Of a DNA stretch of 64,000 nt, positions 9,738 through 20,000 are shown in pieces (the stretch's first letter is position 1; each line of letters begins with the position of its first letter). Source of the DNA: Planctomycetota bacterium (GTDB taxonomy: Bacteria; Planctomycetota; UBA1135; UBA2386); contig OZ245006.1 in NCBI GenBank assembly GCA_965223545.1, positions 1,728,001 through 1,792,000 of the forward strand, read 5' to 3'. Position numbers and translations under genes: made by a program. The notes beneath the pieces are model-generated. The model did not search any database. It was not told where the DNA came from and was given only the letters and a program-made list of their open reading frames with translations.

Positions 9738-11078
9738 ATGACCCCTCGAGACCCCTCGCCCATCGATTGGGAAGCCTTCTACCACGGCTACCGCAAGCCG
9801 GGTTACGTGCCGGGGTTCGAGATCCTGCACAAGATCGGCGGCGGGGCGTTCGGCATCGTCTTCCGCGCGCGCAAGGAGTCGATCGGCAAGGACTACGCGA
9901 TCAAGTTCTTCAAGGTCGACGACGAGACCGTGCGCGACACGTTCCTGCGCGAGCTCGGCAGCGTGCGCCACTTCGCCCAGCTCGACCACCCCAACCTGGT
10001 GTCGATCGAGGATCAGGGCGAGGTCGACGGCATCCCGTACATCGTGATGGGTTACGCCGGCGACCGCACTCTGCGCACTCTGCTGGAGGACGGCAGCCTG
10101 ACCCGCACTCAGGCCCTGTCGATCTTCGGTCAGGTGGCGCGCGGCGTCGCCGCGCTGCACGACCACTCGATCGTGCACTTCGACCTGAAACCGTCGAACA
10201 TCTTTCTCAACGGCGACCTGGTCCGCGTCGGCGACTACGGGTTGGCCCGGCTGGTGACGCAGTCGCGCAACTCACTGACCTTCGGACGCGGTACACCGTA
10301 TTACATGGCGCCCGAGGTGCTGCACCGGCGGGGCGACCAGCGCAGCGACATCTACTCGCTCGGCGTTTTGCTCTACGAGTGCCTGGCGGGAGATGTGCCG
10401 TTCCACGGTGACTCCGAGTGGGAGGTGCTGCGCAAGCACGAGACCGAGCAGCCGGAGATCCCGCGCCGGCTGGCGGCCAACGAGCGCGCGGTGATCGACC
10501 GCTGCCTGCAGAAGGATCCCGCCGACCGCTTCGAGTCGGTCGACGAGCTGATCGAAGCCCTGGAGCCAGCGCCCACCGCACCGGTGACCCCACCCACGGC
10601 GCACGCCATCGGCGTGGCCAAGACCAACCGCGCCCCGATGCTGGCCGCCGCGGCCGTGCTGCTGGTGTTGGTCGGCGCCGTCGCGTCCCTGTTCACGGTG
10701 CGCGACCGGTACCCGGCGCCGCGGCCGTCGATGAGCGTCCACGCGATGTCCACCACGCGCGATCCGGTCCGCGGCCTGCGCGAAACCCGCTTGGCGATGC
10801 AACGCGCGCGCGCCGAGCAGACTTGGGAGCAACGCCTGACCAAGCTCGCCACCCGCGAGCTCGGCCGGCTGGCGCGCGCCGCCGCCGACGCCCACGTATC
10901 ACCCGGCCTGCGGCGCGCGCTGGAACAGGCGGGTAAGTCGCTGCGCCGCGACCTCGAGCGCGGCAACGTCCGCGGCCTCGCGACGACGCTCGACCGCATC
11001 GGCCAGCTGCTCGAGGGCCTGCTCCGCGATCTCGACCGCCGCATCTGCCAGACGTGGCCCGAAGACGAGTGCCGCTGA
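9738..11078 (+). CDS. Membrane Ser/Thr protein kinase
   Basis: GGGAFG, AIK, HFDLKPSN, DYG, GTPYYMAPE, TM helix after the kinase domain. Confidence 0.92.
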   Translation: MTPRDPSPIDWEAFYHGYRKPGYVPGFEILHKIGGGAFGIVFRARKESIGKDYAIKFFKVDDETVRDTFLRELGSVRHFAQLDHPNLVSIEDQGEVDGIPYIVMGYAGDRTLRTLLEDGSLTRTQALSIFGQVARGVAALHDHSIVHFDLKPSNIFLNGDLVRVGDYGLARLVTQSRNSLTFGRGTPYYMAPEVLHRRGDQRSDIYSLGVLLYECLAGDVPFHGDSEWEVLRKHETEQPEIPRRLAANERAVIDRCLQKDPADRFESVDELIEALEPAPTAPVTPPTAHAIGVAKTNRAPMLAAAAVLLVLVGAVASLFTVRDRYPAPRPSMSVHAMSTTRDPVRGLRETRLAMQRARAEQTWEQRLTKLATRELGRLARAAADAHVSPGLRRALEQAGKSLRRDLERGNVRGLATTLDRIGQLLEGLLRDLDRRICQTWPEDECR

Positions 11079-11139
11079 CGCCGCCGGCGCTGGATCGCGC
11101 CTTCGGCGCGATCCAACCGTCGCTGCCCTGACCGGCGAC

Positions 11140-12051
11140 CTAACCGCCAGTGCCGAACGCGTCACACTCGCGATAGGCGCGGATCACCGCCTGCTCGCCC
11201 TCACGGCCACCGCGTGAGTTGCCGTGCTCCATGCCGAGGATGCCGTCCCACTTGCGCCGGTGCAGCCAGCCGAAGATGTGCTTGTAGTTGATCTCGCCGG
11301 TGGTCGGCTCTTTGCGGCCGGGGTTGTCTCCGACCTGGAAGTAGCCGATCTCATCCCAAGCGCGCTGCATGTTCGGGATCAGGTTGCCCTCGGCAATCTG
11401 CTGGTGGTAGATGTCGAACAGGATCTTGCACGACGGGCTGCCGACCGCGCGGCACATCTGATAGGCGTGCGGGATCTTGGTGAGAAACACGCCGCCGTGG
11501 TCCCGCCACGGGTTGAGCGGCTCGAGCACCATTACCAAGCCCGCCGGCTCGCAGATCTCGGCGGCGTACTTGAGGGTGTCGATGCAGTTGGCGGTCTGGT
11601 ACTCCGGCTCCATTCCCTTGTCGAAGCCGCCCGGCACCACGGTGACCCACTTGGCACGCACCCGGCGCGCGACCTCCACCGAAGCGCGGATGTCGGCGAG
11701 GATCGCGTCGCGGTCGTCCTTCTTGCCGCTGACGAAATTGGGCTCCCGGAAGGAGGCGTGCGCCACGAACACTCCCATCTCCATGCCGTGACGGTCCATC
11801 TCGGCGCGAATGCGCTCTTGCAACGCGGGCTCGCGGCGCCGCATGCCATTGTCCTCCATGGCACGGAACCCCTGGTCGGCCATGAACTTGACCTGGTCGA
11901 CGAGGTCTTCGGCATGGTGGCGGAACATGCCGAAATGCGGCGCGTACTTCATGCGAAACGGCTCCGCCGGCCGGCGCGGCCGGACGGCGGCGAGCGCCGC
12001 GCCGGTGCCGGTGGCACCGGCACCGATGGCGAGAAAGGCCCTGCGATTCAT
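11140..12051 (-). CDS. Tat-exported hydroxypyruvate isomerase (Hyi/AP-endonuclease-2) family TIM-barrel protein
   Basis: NRRAFL Tat motif, LEPLN, LFDIYHQQIAEGN, DNPGRKEPTTGEINY, GMEH. Confidence 0.88.
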   Translation of the reverse strand: MNRRAFLAIGAGATGTGAALAAVRPRRPAEPFRMKYAPHFGMFRHHAEDLVDQVKFMADQGFRAMEDNGMRRREPALQERIRAEMDRHGMEMGVFVAHASFREPNFVSGKKDDRDAILADIRASVEVARRVRAKWVTVVPGGFDKGMEPEYQTANCIDTLKYAAEICEPAGLVMVLEPLNPWRDHGGVFLTKIPHAYQMCRAVGSPSCKILFDIYHQQIAEGNLIPNMQRAWDEIGYFQVGDNPGRKEPTTGEINYKHIFGWLHRRKWDGILGMEHGNSRGGREGEQAVIRAYRECDAFGTGG

Positions 12052-12095
12052 GCCTACTCCAATCGACCTGCGGTCAGGATAACGTCGGAGACGAG

Positions 12096-13139
12096 ATGCT
12101 CACCATAGTCACGCCCTCGCGCCACCGCCACGCAGTGTCCGTGCTGCTGGCGGTCGGAATCGCCGTTTCCGCCGTGCGGGCCGACGCGCCGCAGACGGCG
12201 CCGACGGCTCCTGCGCCACCGCAGGAGCTGCTGCCGGCGGACATGCGCTCGTACCGCCAGACCATCCCCGGGACCCGGGTCGGCTTCGACATGATCGCCC
12301 TGCCCGGCGGCACCTTCACCATGGGCAGCGCGGAGACCGAGACCGGCCGCAACGACGACGAAGGCCCACGGCACGCGGTCGAGCTCGCGCCTTTTTGGAT
12401 CGGCAAGTGCGAAGTCACGTGGGACGAGTACGACATCTGGTCGCAGAAGCTCGACCGCGAGCCGCCGCCCGGCGTGGATGCGGTGGCGCGGCCGACCCCG
12501 CCGTACTGCGACATGACGTTCGGAATGGGGCACGACGGCTACCCGGCGATCTGCATGACTCAGCTCGCGGCACGCACCTACTGCGAGTGGCTGTCGGCCA
12601 CCACGGGGCACCACTATCGGCTGCCCACCGAGGCCGAGTGGGAGTACGCCTGCCGCGCGGGCACCGACACCGCGTACAGCTTCGGCGACGACCCGGAACA
12701 GATCGACGAGTACGCGTGGTTCGTCGACAACAGCGACGAGGAGTACCACCCCGTCGGCCAAAAGCGCCCCAATCCCTGGGGCCTGCACGACATGCACGGC
12801 AACGTCGCGGAGTGGGTGCTGGATGCGTACGCGCCCGACACCTATGCCGGCCGCAGCCGGGAATCGTCGACGGTGGCACCGCTGCTCGAGCCGACCAAGC
12901 TCTACCCCCGGGTCGTGCGCGGCGGCTCCTGGGAAGACGAGCCGGGGATGCTGCGCAGCGCGGCGCGGCTGGGTTCCGATCCGACGTGGAAAGAGCAGGA
13001 CCCGCAAATCCCCAAGAGCATCTGGTATCACACGGACGCGCTGTTCTTGGGCTTCCGGGTGGTACGCGTCTACGAGACAGCGCCGCCGAAGGGCGATGCG
13101 CCGCCCGGTGAGGCGGCCGACGGCGGCCGGCCTCAGTAG
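12096..13139 (+). CDS. Secreted FGE-sulfatase (SUMF1-like) domain protein
   Basis: Signal peptide, PGGTFTMGS, RLPTEAEWEYACRAG, NPWGLHDMHGNVAEW, RGGSW, GFRVV. Confidence 0.9.
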   Translation: MLTIVTPSRHRHAVSVLLAVGIAVSAVRADAPQTAPTAPAPPQELLPADMRSYRQTIPGTRVGFDMIALPGGTFTMGSAETETGRNDDEGPRHAVELAPFWIGKCEVTWDEYDIWSQKLDREPPPGVDAVARPTPPYCDMTFGMGHDGYPAICMTQLAARTYCEWLSATTGHHYRLPTEAEWEYACRAGTDTAYSFGDDPEQIDEYAWFVDNSDEEYHPVGQKRPNPWGLHDMHGNVAEWVLDAYAPDTYAGRSRESSTVAPLLEPTKLYPRVVRGGSWEDEPGMLRSAARLGSDPTWKEQDPQIPKSIWYHTDALFLGFRVVRVYETAPPKGDAPPGEAADGGRPQ

Positions 13140-14827
13140 GCCAACGCCGCGCCGCCCGAACGAGTGTCGGCGACGGCCACCCGCAAGCCGTCGGCACGCA
13201 CCTCGATCGCCTGGCAGCGGCCGATCGCGCGCGGCGCGCCGGCGAACGTGTGCCCCATCTCGGCGAGCCGCGCGCGCACGTCGGCGCTGAGCAAGAACCG
13301 CTCGTACACCAGGCGTTCGGGCTTCCACTGGTGGTGGATGCGGGGCGCATCGACCGCCGCAGCCAGCGGCATGCCGTGGTCGACGACGTTGAGCACGACC
13401 TGCAACACCGTGTTGATGATGCGCCCGCCGCCGGGGCTGCCCAGCACGTAGCGCACCGCCCCATCGCGCACCAAGACCGTCGGCGTCATCGACGACAGCA
13501 TGCGCTTTCCCGGGGCGATGGCGTTCGCCTCGCCGCCGACCAAGCCGAACTGATTGGGGACGCCCGGCTTGGCCGAGAAGTCGTCCATCTCGTTGTTCAG
13601 CAGAAACCCGGCCCCGCCGACGACGAGCCCGCTGCCGAAGGTCGAGTTGATCGTCGTCGTGCACGCGACCGCGTTGCCCTCGGCATCGATGACCGAGAAG
13701 TGTGTCGTGTCCTCGCCTTCCTCCACGCCGGCCGGTCGGCCAGGAGCGACCTCGGACACCCGGTCGGTGCGCATGCCCGCGCGCAGCTGCTCGGCGTAGT
13801 CCTTGGCGACCAGCCCCTCGACCGGCACCGCGTAGTGGTCGGGATCGCCGAGCCAGCGCGCGCGATCGGCAAACGCGCGCCGCATTGCCTCGGTCATCAA
13901 GTGCAGCGTCGCGCTGCTGCCGAACCCCATTCCGTGCAGATCGTAGGGCTCGAGCAGATTGAGCATTTGCAGCAGAGCGACTCCACCCGACGACGGCGGC
14001 GGCATCGAGATCACCTCGAAGCCGCGGTAGCGGCCGACCAGCGGTCGCCGCTCCACCGGCGTGTAGGCGCGCAGATCCTCGGCATCGATCAAGCCACCGC
14101 TCGCCTCCATCTGCGCCACCACCAACCCCGCGGTCTCGCCGCGGTAGAAGCCGTCGGCACCGCGGGCGGCAAACCGCTCGAGCGTCGCCGCCAACTCAGG
14201 CTGCACCAGACGATCACCGCGGGCCAGAGGCTTTCCGTCGGCGAAGAACACCGCGCGCGTCGTCGGAAAGCGCCCCAGCTTGGCCGCGCTCCGACGCAAC
14301 GATCCGGCGAGGAAGTGGTCGACGACGAACCCCTCGCGCGCCAGCCGGATCGCCGGCTCGGCAACTTCTTCCAGGGTCAGAGTGCCATAGCGATCGACCA
14401 GCCACGCGATCCCGGCGGGGCTGCCCGGCACTCCCGCCGCGGTCGCACCCACCTGGCTTCGCTCGAAGTCGACCGTGCCATCGGCCGCGAGGTACAGATC
14501 GCGCGTCGCGCGCCCGGGAGCCCGCTCGCGAAAATCGAGCGCGATGTTGGCTCCCGACGCCGTGCGCAGCACGACGAAACCGCCACCGCCCAGGTTGCCC
14601 GCCTGCGGGTGGGTCACCGCCAAGGCCAAGAACGTCGCCGCCGCCGCGTCGACCGCGTTGCCGCCGCGGCGCAGCATCGCCAGGCCGGCCGCCGCGGCGT
14701 GCGGCTCCGCCGCGACCACCGCTCCGGCACGCCCTTCGGCGACGCGATCGTTGACCCCACCACCGCCACCGCCGGCGGCGGCCAGCACCCCCGCGAGCAA
14801 GACGCCCGCGCCGAGCTCAGGCGTCAT
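13133..14827 (-). CDS. ggt: Gamma-glutamyltransferase
   Basis: GGNAVDAA, GNLGGGGF, PPPSSGG, autocleavage TTHFSVID, LNNEMDDF, LSSMTP, GSPGG. Confidence 0.96.
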   Translation of the reverse strand: MTPELGAGVLLAGVLAAAGGGGGGVNDRVAEGRAGAVVAAEPHAAAAGLAMLRRGGNAVDAAAATFLALAVTHPQAGNLGGGGFVVLRTASGANIALDFRERAPGRATRDLYLAADGTVDFERSQVGATAAGVPGSPAGIAWLVDRYGTLTLEEVAEPAIRLAREGFVVDHFLAGSLRRSAAKLGRFPTTRAVFFADGKPLARGDRLVQPELAATLERFAARGADGFYRGETAGLVVAQMEASGGLIDAEDLRAYTPVERRPLVGRYRGFEVISMPPPSSGGVALLQMLNLLEPYDLHGMGFGSSATLHLMTEAMRRAFADRARWLGDPDHYAVPVEGLVAKDYAEQLRAGMRTDRVSEVAPGRPAGVEEGEDTTHFSVIDAEGNAVACTTTINSTFGSGLVVGGAGFLLNNEMDDFSAKPGVPNQFGLVGGEANAIAPGKRMLSSMTPTVLVRDGAVRYVLGSPGGGRIINTVLQVVLNVVDHGMPLAAAVDAPRIHHQWKPERLVYERFLLSADVRARLAEMGHTFAGAPRAIGRCQAIEVRADGLRVAVADTRSGGAALAY

Positions 14828-15065
14828 GCGCGGTTTCGCCCAGCCCGTCGACCACCACGATGCCACGCTCGTCGAGGTACACCAGGATCCGGTCGATCTC
14901 CTCTTGCGCACCCTCGAGCTCGAGGGCGATGAAGCCGCCCTGCTCGTTGACCGACGCCCCGCGGATGTTCACGACGACGTCGAACTGCCGGTTGAGCTGG
15001 TAGAGCAGCGGCTGCTGCACCAGCTCCTGGGAGAATTCGAAGTGGATGTTGCGCTTGACGGTCAC
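14817..15065 (-). CDS. Stand-alone NIL domain protein
   Basis: QQPLLYQLNRQFDVVVNIRGASV...LELEG...IDRILVYLDERGIVV. Its end overlaps the ggt start. Confidence 0.8.
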   Translation of the reverse strand: MTVKRNIHFEFSQELVQQPLLYQLNRQFDVVVNIRGASVNEQGGFIALELEGAQEEIDRILVYLDERGIVVVDGLGETAHDA

Positions 15066-15305
15066 CAAGGGCCTCGGGAGGGAACGCGCGCCCACCGCCG
15101 GCACCCGCCACGACGGCGGCGCCCGGGTCGCGTTCTCCCGATCGTAGCGCCTATCCATGGAAATCGCTGGCCGCGGCCCACTTTCTCCCACGCCATCGCG
15201 AGCACGCCTCCCTTGATCCGGCCCCCGCGCGCCCGTAGCCTCTCTGCCCCTCGCCGGCCGAGGGCCGCTTACAGCGGTCCCGGACGGAGAGTCTGCCGCG
15301 CGCAA

Positions 15306-15379
15306 GGTGACGTGGCCGAGTGGTTAGGCACAGGATTGCAAATCCTGCTACAGCGGTTCGATTCCGCTCGTCACCTCCA
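15306..15379 (+). tRNA. tRNA-Cys (GCA)
   Basis: Acceptor stem GGTGACG/CGTCACC, U73 discriminator + CCA, anticodon arm CAGGA-TTGCAAA-TCCTG, T loop GGTTCGATT. Confidence 0.97.
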
Positions 15380-15387
15380 TCCGGCAC

Positions 15388-15419
15388 GTACGGTGTCTGA
15401 CTCGATTTTCTCGCTTCGC
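15388..15419 (+). repeat. Third copy of the RAYT-associated REP-like repeat
   Basis: GTACGGTGTCTGACTCGATTTTCTCGCTTCGC, 31/32 identical to 1787-1818. Confidence 0.9.
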
Positions 15420-15643
15420 CCGCGCGCCGCCCGGCGACTTGCGCGGATTCGCCGGCGAGAGCGGAAGCGTTCTCGATAGCGCGACGCCAAGGCGGCTACG
15501 GTTGCTCCCGCGCGCCGCCGGCCCGTTCTTCCTCTCGAGAACGCGACCGCGCGCGCCACCCACGGCACTCGGTTTTCGTTTGCTCGCTTGGGACGCCGGT
15601 GTCCCTCCGCCGGAATTAGACCCCAAAGGAGAACACCGCTGTC

Positions 15644-17053
15644 ATGGTGAACGTAACCAACCCTCTTTGTGGCGCGCCAGCACTCTTGCTCGCCGCCGTC
15701 TCTGTCAATGGCATCCGTTGCCAAACCGCGTGGACACAGCTGCCCGTGTCCGTACCCGCGACTCAGATCATCGATGCGCAGGTGGCGTACGACGAATGCC
15801 GCCAGCAACTCGTCGTGGTCGGCTCGACCACCAACAGCTCCATCCAGCAAGTCTGGGTCCTCGGCGCGAGCGGCTCGTGGGTGAATGTCACTCCAGCGAA
15901 CGCCCCAACGGGACGCACAGAGTTCGGGCTCGCCAACGACGGCTGCGACCTGATTCTATTCGGCGGCAAGGCGTTGGCGGGCCAGCTCCTGGACGACACG
16001 TGGATCTGGGACGGCACGAACTGGACGCAAGCAACGAAGATCCCCGGGTCCTGGCCCAGCGCCAGGTACGGCCATGCGATGGCCGCCGACCGATCCATCA
16101 CCGGCGGGGGGGCGATCATGTACGGCGGCAAGGCGAACCTCGGAACCATGCAGGTCGGAACCTGGAGGTTCAACAAGGGCACGCAAACGTGGACCAGCTT
16201 GGGTGCGCAAGCCAGCGATCCCGCGCTCAGGACGAACGCGCTTTGCTCGTACATCGAGACGCCCACGGGCCTGGTGGGCATGGCGATGATGGGAGGAATT
16301 GACGGCGCCGGCGCATACGTCGCCGATGGAATGCACATCTGGAACGACACGACGCTGCAGTGGACTCAGATGTTGGCTCTGCCACCCGAGGCTCAGCAGC
16401 GACAGCTCGGCGTCATGACCTATGACTTCCAGCGGCAACGAATCATCGTCAGTGGCGGCACCGGCCCCGCTGGGTCGTTGACCGACACGTGGGAATACGA
16501 CGACCTGGCCTCGACCTGGTTGCAGCGGTCGGCAGGGCCCGCCCCAATAGGATCTAGCGGCATACCGTACTTCGACGGGGCCTATCGGACGGATGACTAC
16601 GACTGCATCGCGGTCACTGCCACCGGAACCCACCGCTACGCAGTCACCAACCCGCCGTCCTACACCACATCCGGCACGCCATGTTCCGGTCAATCCACGC
16701 CAGTACTCAGTGTTCCATATGGCGAGTTCCCCTGGGTCGGTGAGGTGTTCGACCTCGAAGTGTTCGGGCTGATCCCCGGGAACGCGACTTCACTCCTATT
16801 CGACACACAGAGCAGCGCTCCGATTCCGTTTGGCAGCTGCACGCTCTACGTCGACCCGGCTTCCCCGACCGTGATCCTGCTCCCGATGCCGAACGCGGAT
16901 GCCATTGGGAGAAGCGCGATCGGGCTACCGCTCCCCAACAACCCCGCGTTCGTCGGGACTCAGTTCTACAACCAAGCGTTGCACGCGGACCCAGCAGGAC
17001 CGAGCGGGCTTGCGATGTCGGACAAGGGCACCGCGACCATCGGCGGTAAGTAG
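15644..17053 (+). CDS. Secreted Kelch-like beta-propeller protein with shared C-terminal domain
   Basis: LILFGG...DDTWIWDGTNW, ARYGHAM, DTWEYD repeats; AAGGAGA ribosome-binding site. Confidence 0.8.
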   Translation: MVNVTNPLCGAPALLLAAVSVNGIRCQTAWTQLPVSVPATQIIDAQVAYDECRQQLVVVGSTTNSSIQQVWVLGASGSWVNVTPANAPTGRTEFGLANDGCDLILFGGKALAGQLLDDTWIWDGTNWTQATKIPGSWPSARYGHAMAADRSITGGGAIMYGGKANLGTMQVGTWRFNKGTQTWTSLGAQASDPALRTNALCSYIETPTGLVGMAMMGGIDGAGAYVADGMHIWNDTTLQWTQMLALPPEAQQRQLGVMTYDFQRQRIIVSGGTGPAGSLTDTWEYDDLASTWLQRSAGPAPIGSSGIPYFDGAYRTDDYDCIAVTATGTHRYAVTNPPSYTTSGTPCSGQSTPVLSVPYGEFPWVGEVFDLEVFGLIPGNATSLLFDTQSSAPIPFGSCTLYVDPASPTVILLPMPNADAIGRSAIGLPLPNNPAFVGTQFYNQALHADPAGPSGLAMSDKGTATIGGK

Positions 17054-17097
17054 GCTGCCACGCGGCGCCGGCCGGGCGGCGCGCCTGTTCGCGCTGT

Positions 17098-20000
17098 TCA
17101 GCGTCCCAACGTCGCCCGCACGGGGTTGCTCATCGCGAAGCTCCCCGGCACACCGACGACCCCGCTCACGGCGTGCGCCACGATGCGCACGCCGAGAAGG
17201 GCGGGAGAATTCGGCACCGGCAACTGGGCACGGAATCCGTTCGCTGTCGACATGGCCGGCCATGCAACCAGCGGGGCCGCCGCAAGGTGGGAATAGCACG
17301 CGGGGGATCGAGCCAGCGATGGTTTGCCCGGCACGCCGACGAGGAGTAGACCCGCGGCTCCCGAGACTCGACCCGCGACGTCAAGCACAAGCGCCCCTGC
17401 CAAAACGGGGTCCGTCACTCCTTCCATTCGAGGCGGCGTTCCGAGGACACTGCCACAACCGACACCAGTCGACTGCGAAGTCGCGCCCGGGTCGATCACG
17501 GTCAGCTCGCGGCCCAGGACCGGGTCCCGCGCGCTGACCAAGAGCCGCCCGCCAACCAAAGCGTTGACGGGCGCTGTCGTCCCGCCAGCGGACTGGGTCG
17601 CCAAGACGAGCCCCGTTCCGAGCGCGGTTCCGTCGGTGCGCCACAGCTCCATGGCACCGTCGACGAGCATGTGCACGAAAGCGTGGCGGGCTCCCACCGG
17701 CAGGACCTCGAACGGCCACCAGCGCTGATTGCTGCTCGGCTGGTGCAGCAAGGCGAAGCGCATCCCGTCCCAGAACCACAGGCCGCCGCTGTCGGACTCC
17801 ACCAAGACGACGCCACCCGGCAGCTTCCCGGCAACCGCGCCTCGCACCGGCCGTTGGCCGGAAAAAACACTGCTGGCAGGCACGGTTCCGACGGGGGTCC
17901 CGTCGGACACCCACAGCTGCTCGGCCGAAGAAGCCGACCCGGCATCGATCAGCATCCTGCTCCCGCCGACACCGAGGACGCGCGGCATCGAGCCCACAGG
18001 ACCCGGCTCGAGATCCGCGAGCCGAACGGTTCCACCGCTGGTCGCATCGGTGATCCAAAGCTCCTTGCCGGCCGAGCCGTCGTCGGCCGAGAACACGATC
18101 CGGCCACCGAAGGTGCTCAGTAGCCGTGGCGATGATGACCCCAGAGGATTGACGTCCGCGACCTGCGTCGTCCCCACCGCTGTTCCGTCCGTCCGCCACA
18201 GCTCGAGCCCGCTCGCCGCGTCGTCCATCGAGAACAAGGCGACACCCCCGATCACGCCGAGCCAGCCGACCCCGGGCACCTGAGATTGCCACGACCGCAC
18301 GCGACGGGTCCCGGCGCCCGTTCCATCCGTCGACCAAAGCTCTCTGCCGGCACCCGACGACGTGAGGATCAGCAGCCGGTCGCGCAGTGGCTGCACTCCA
18401 GCGATCAGAGTGTCGGCCAGGCCAGTGGTCATGTCCGCCAGGACATACGTGCCACTCGCGGTGCCATCCGAACGCCACAGCTCGCTTCCAGTCGCGAACG
18501 GATCATGGGCGACGACGAGCACGAGGTCTCGCCAAGCCGTCGGCTGGAACCGCTGCGGCTCGAAATCGACGCCCGTGGGCGCGGGCACGGGTCGGGTTCC
18601 CGCGGGTGAGCCGTCGGTGCGCCATAGTCGGTTCCACGGCGGGCCGGGCACGGCCTGCGAGAAGTAGAACGCCTGGGTCTGCGCCACGGCCATGAAACTC
18701 GGACCCGGCGACCCTCTGGGCTGGGTGTCGGCCAACAGCACAGTGCCCGTCGAAGTACCGTCGCTCACCCAAATTTCGCGGCCATGAACGCCGTCGTCCG
18801 CACTGAAGAGCGCGAGCTCGCCGAACTCGGTGATCATCTGCGGCGACGAGTCCTGGGTCGCTCCGAAAGGCACCGACTCGATGTCAGCCACCAACGCCAC
18901 GCTTCGCCCATCGAACGACCAAGCCTCGAGCCCTCGCACTCCATCGTCGGCGGCGAACAAGCTCGGCGTCGAACCCGCACTCGCGGTGAGTCGCGAAGGC
19001 GACGAGCTTGCTGGACCGGACCAGACATCGACACCTCTGGTGCCGGCAGGCGTTCCATCGGTGACCCACGGCTCTCGCCCGATCCGACCGTTCTCCGCCG
19101 TGAACAGAAACGTCCCGTTCGGTCCTGCTACGACGTCTTCCGGCCAGCTCGATGACACGCCCGGCAGCAAGTCGAGCGAGCGGCTTCCGCCCGGAGTCCC
19201 ATCGGAGCACCAAAGCTCGTAGCCACCAAACGGCTCGACTCCCGTAAAGGCGATGGACGATCCGGACACGGCGAGACTGCGCTTGAAGCGACCCGCAAAG
19301 CCGCTGCCCAACCCCGGGTAGGCGTCGACCACGAGCAGCGTCCCGGCCGCCGAACCGTCCGAGCGCCAAACCTCGGTCCCAAAGCGCGGGTGGGTCGCGC
19401 CAAAGACGACCTCGTTGCCGAAACGCTGCACGGCGACGGGCCAGCTGCTCACCGGGCCCGGGTTCAAGTCCACGACCATGCGCGTTCCGGCCGGCGTACC
19501 ATCGGTGCACCAGAGCTCATCGCCGGTCGCCGCATCCGTGCCGACGAAGAACAAGAGCGCGCCGGCCGCCACCAGATCGCTCGACGCCGGCGCGATCCCC
19601 GCACGCACCAGCGCGGTCCCCGACGTCGTGCCATCCGTGCGCCAGAGATCCAACGCCGACGATTGACCGGCGAAGAAGTACACATCCCCGTTGAGCGTCG
19701 CGAGCTTCCGCGGGTCGGAGCTGGCGCTGCCCGGGGCGAGGTCTACCACTTGGCGGGTACCCTGCGGGGTCCCGTCAGTGCGCCACAACTCACGCCCGCG
19801 CACGGAATCGAAGGCGCTGAAGTAAAGCACGCCACTGACGACCACGCCGGGCGCCGGCGCCGACCCGCTGCCGCCGGGGTTGATGTCGGCCAGGAGTACC
19901 GCCGAGGTGCCGACCGTGATCCACGGCTCGCCGACGAGTTGTCCGTGCAGGGGGTCCGTCGCTGAGAAGACCATTTCTCCCGCCAAGCTCCCGATCGGCG

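Noticed and set aside
12096..13139. FGE-sulfatase protein as an EgtB/SenA partner of the EgtD-like gene
   Set aside because: It has a signal peptide, lacks the DinB-like HxxxH iron-binding domain and lies about 45 kb away.
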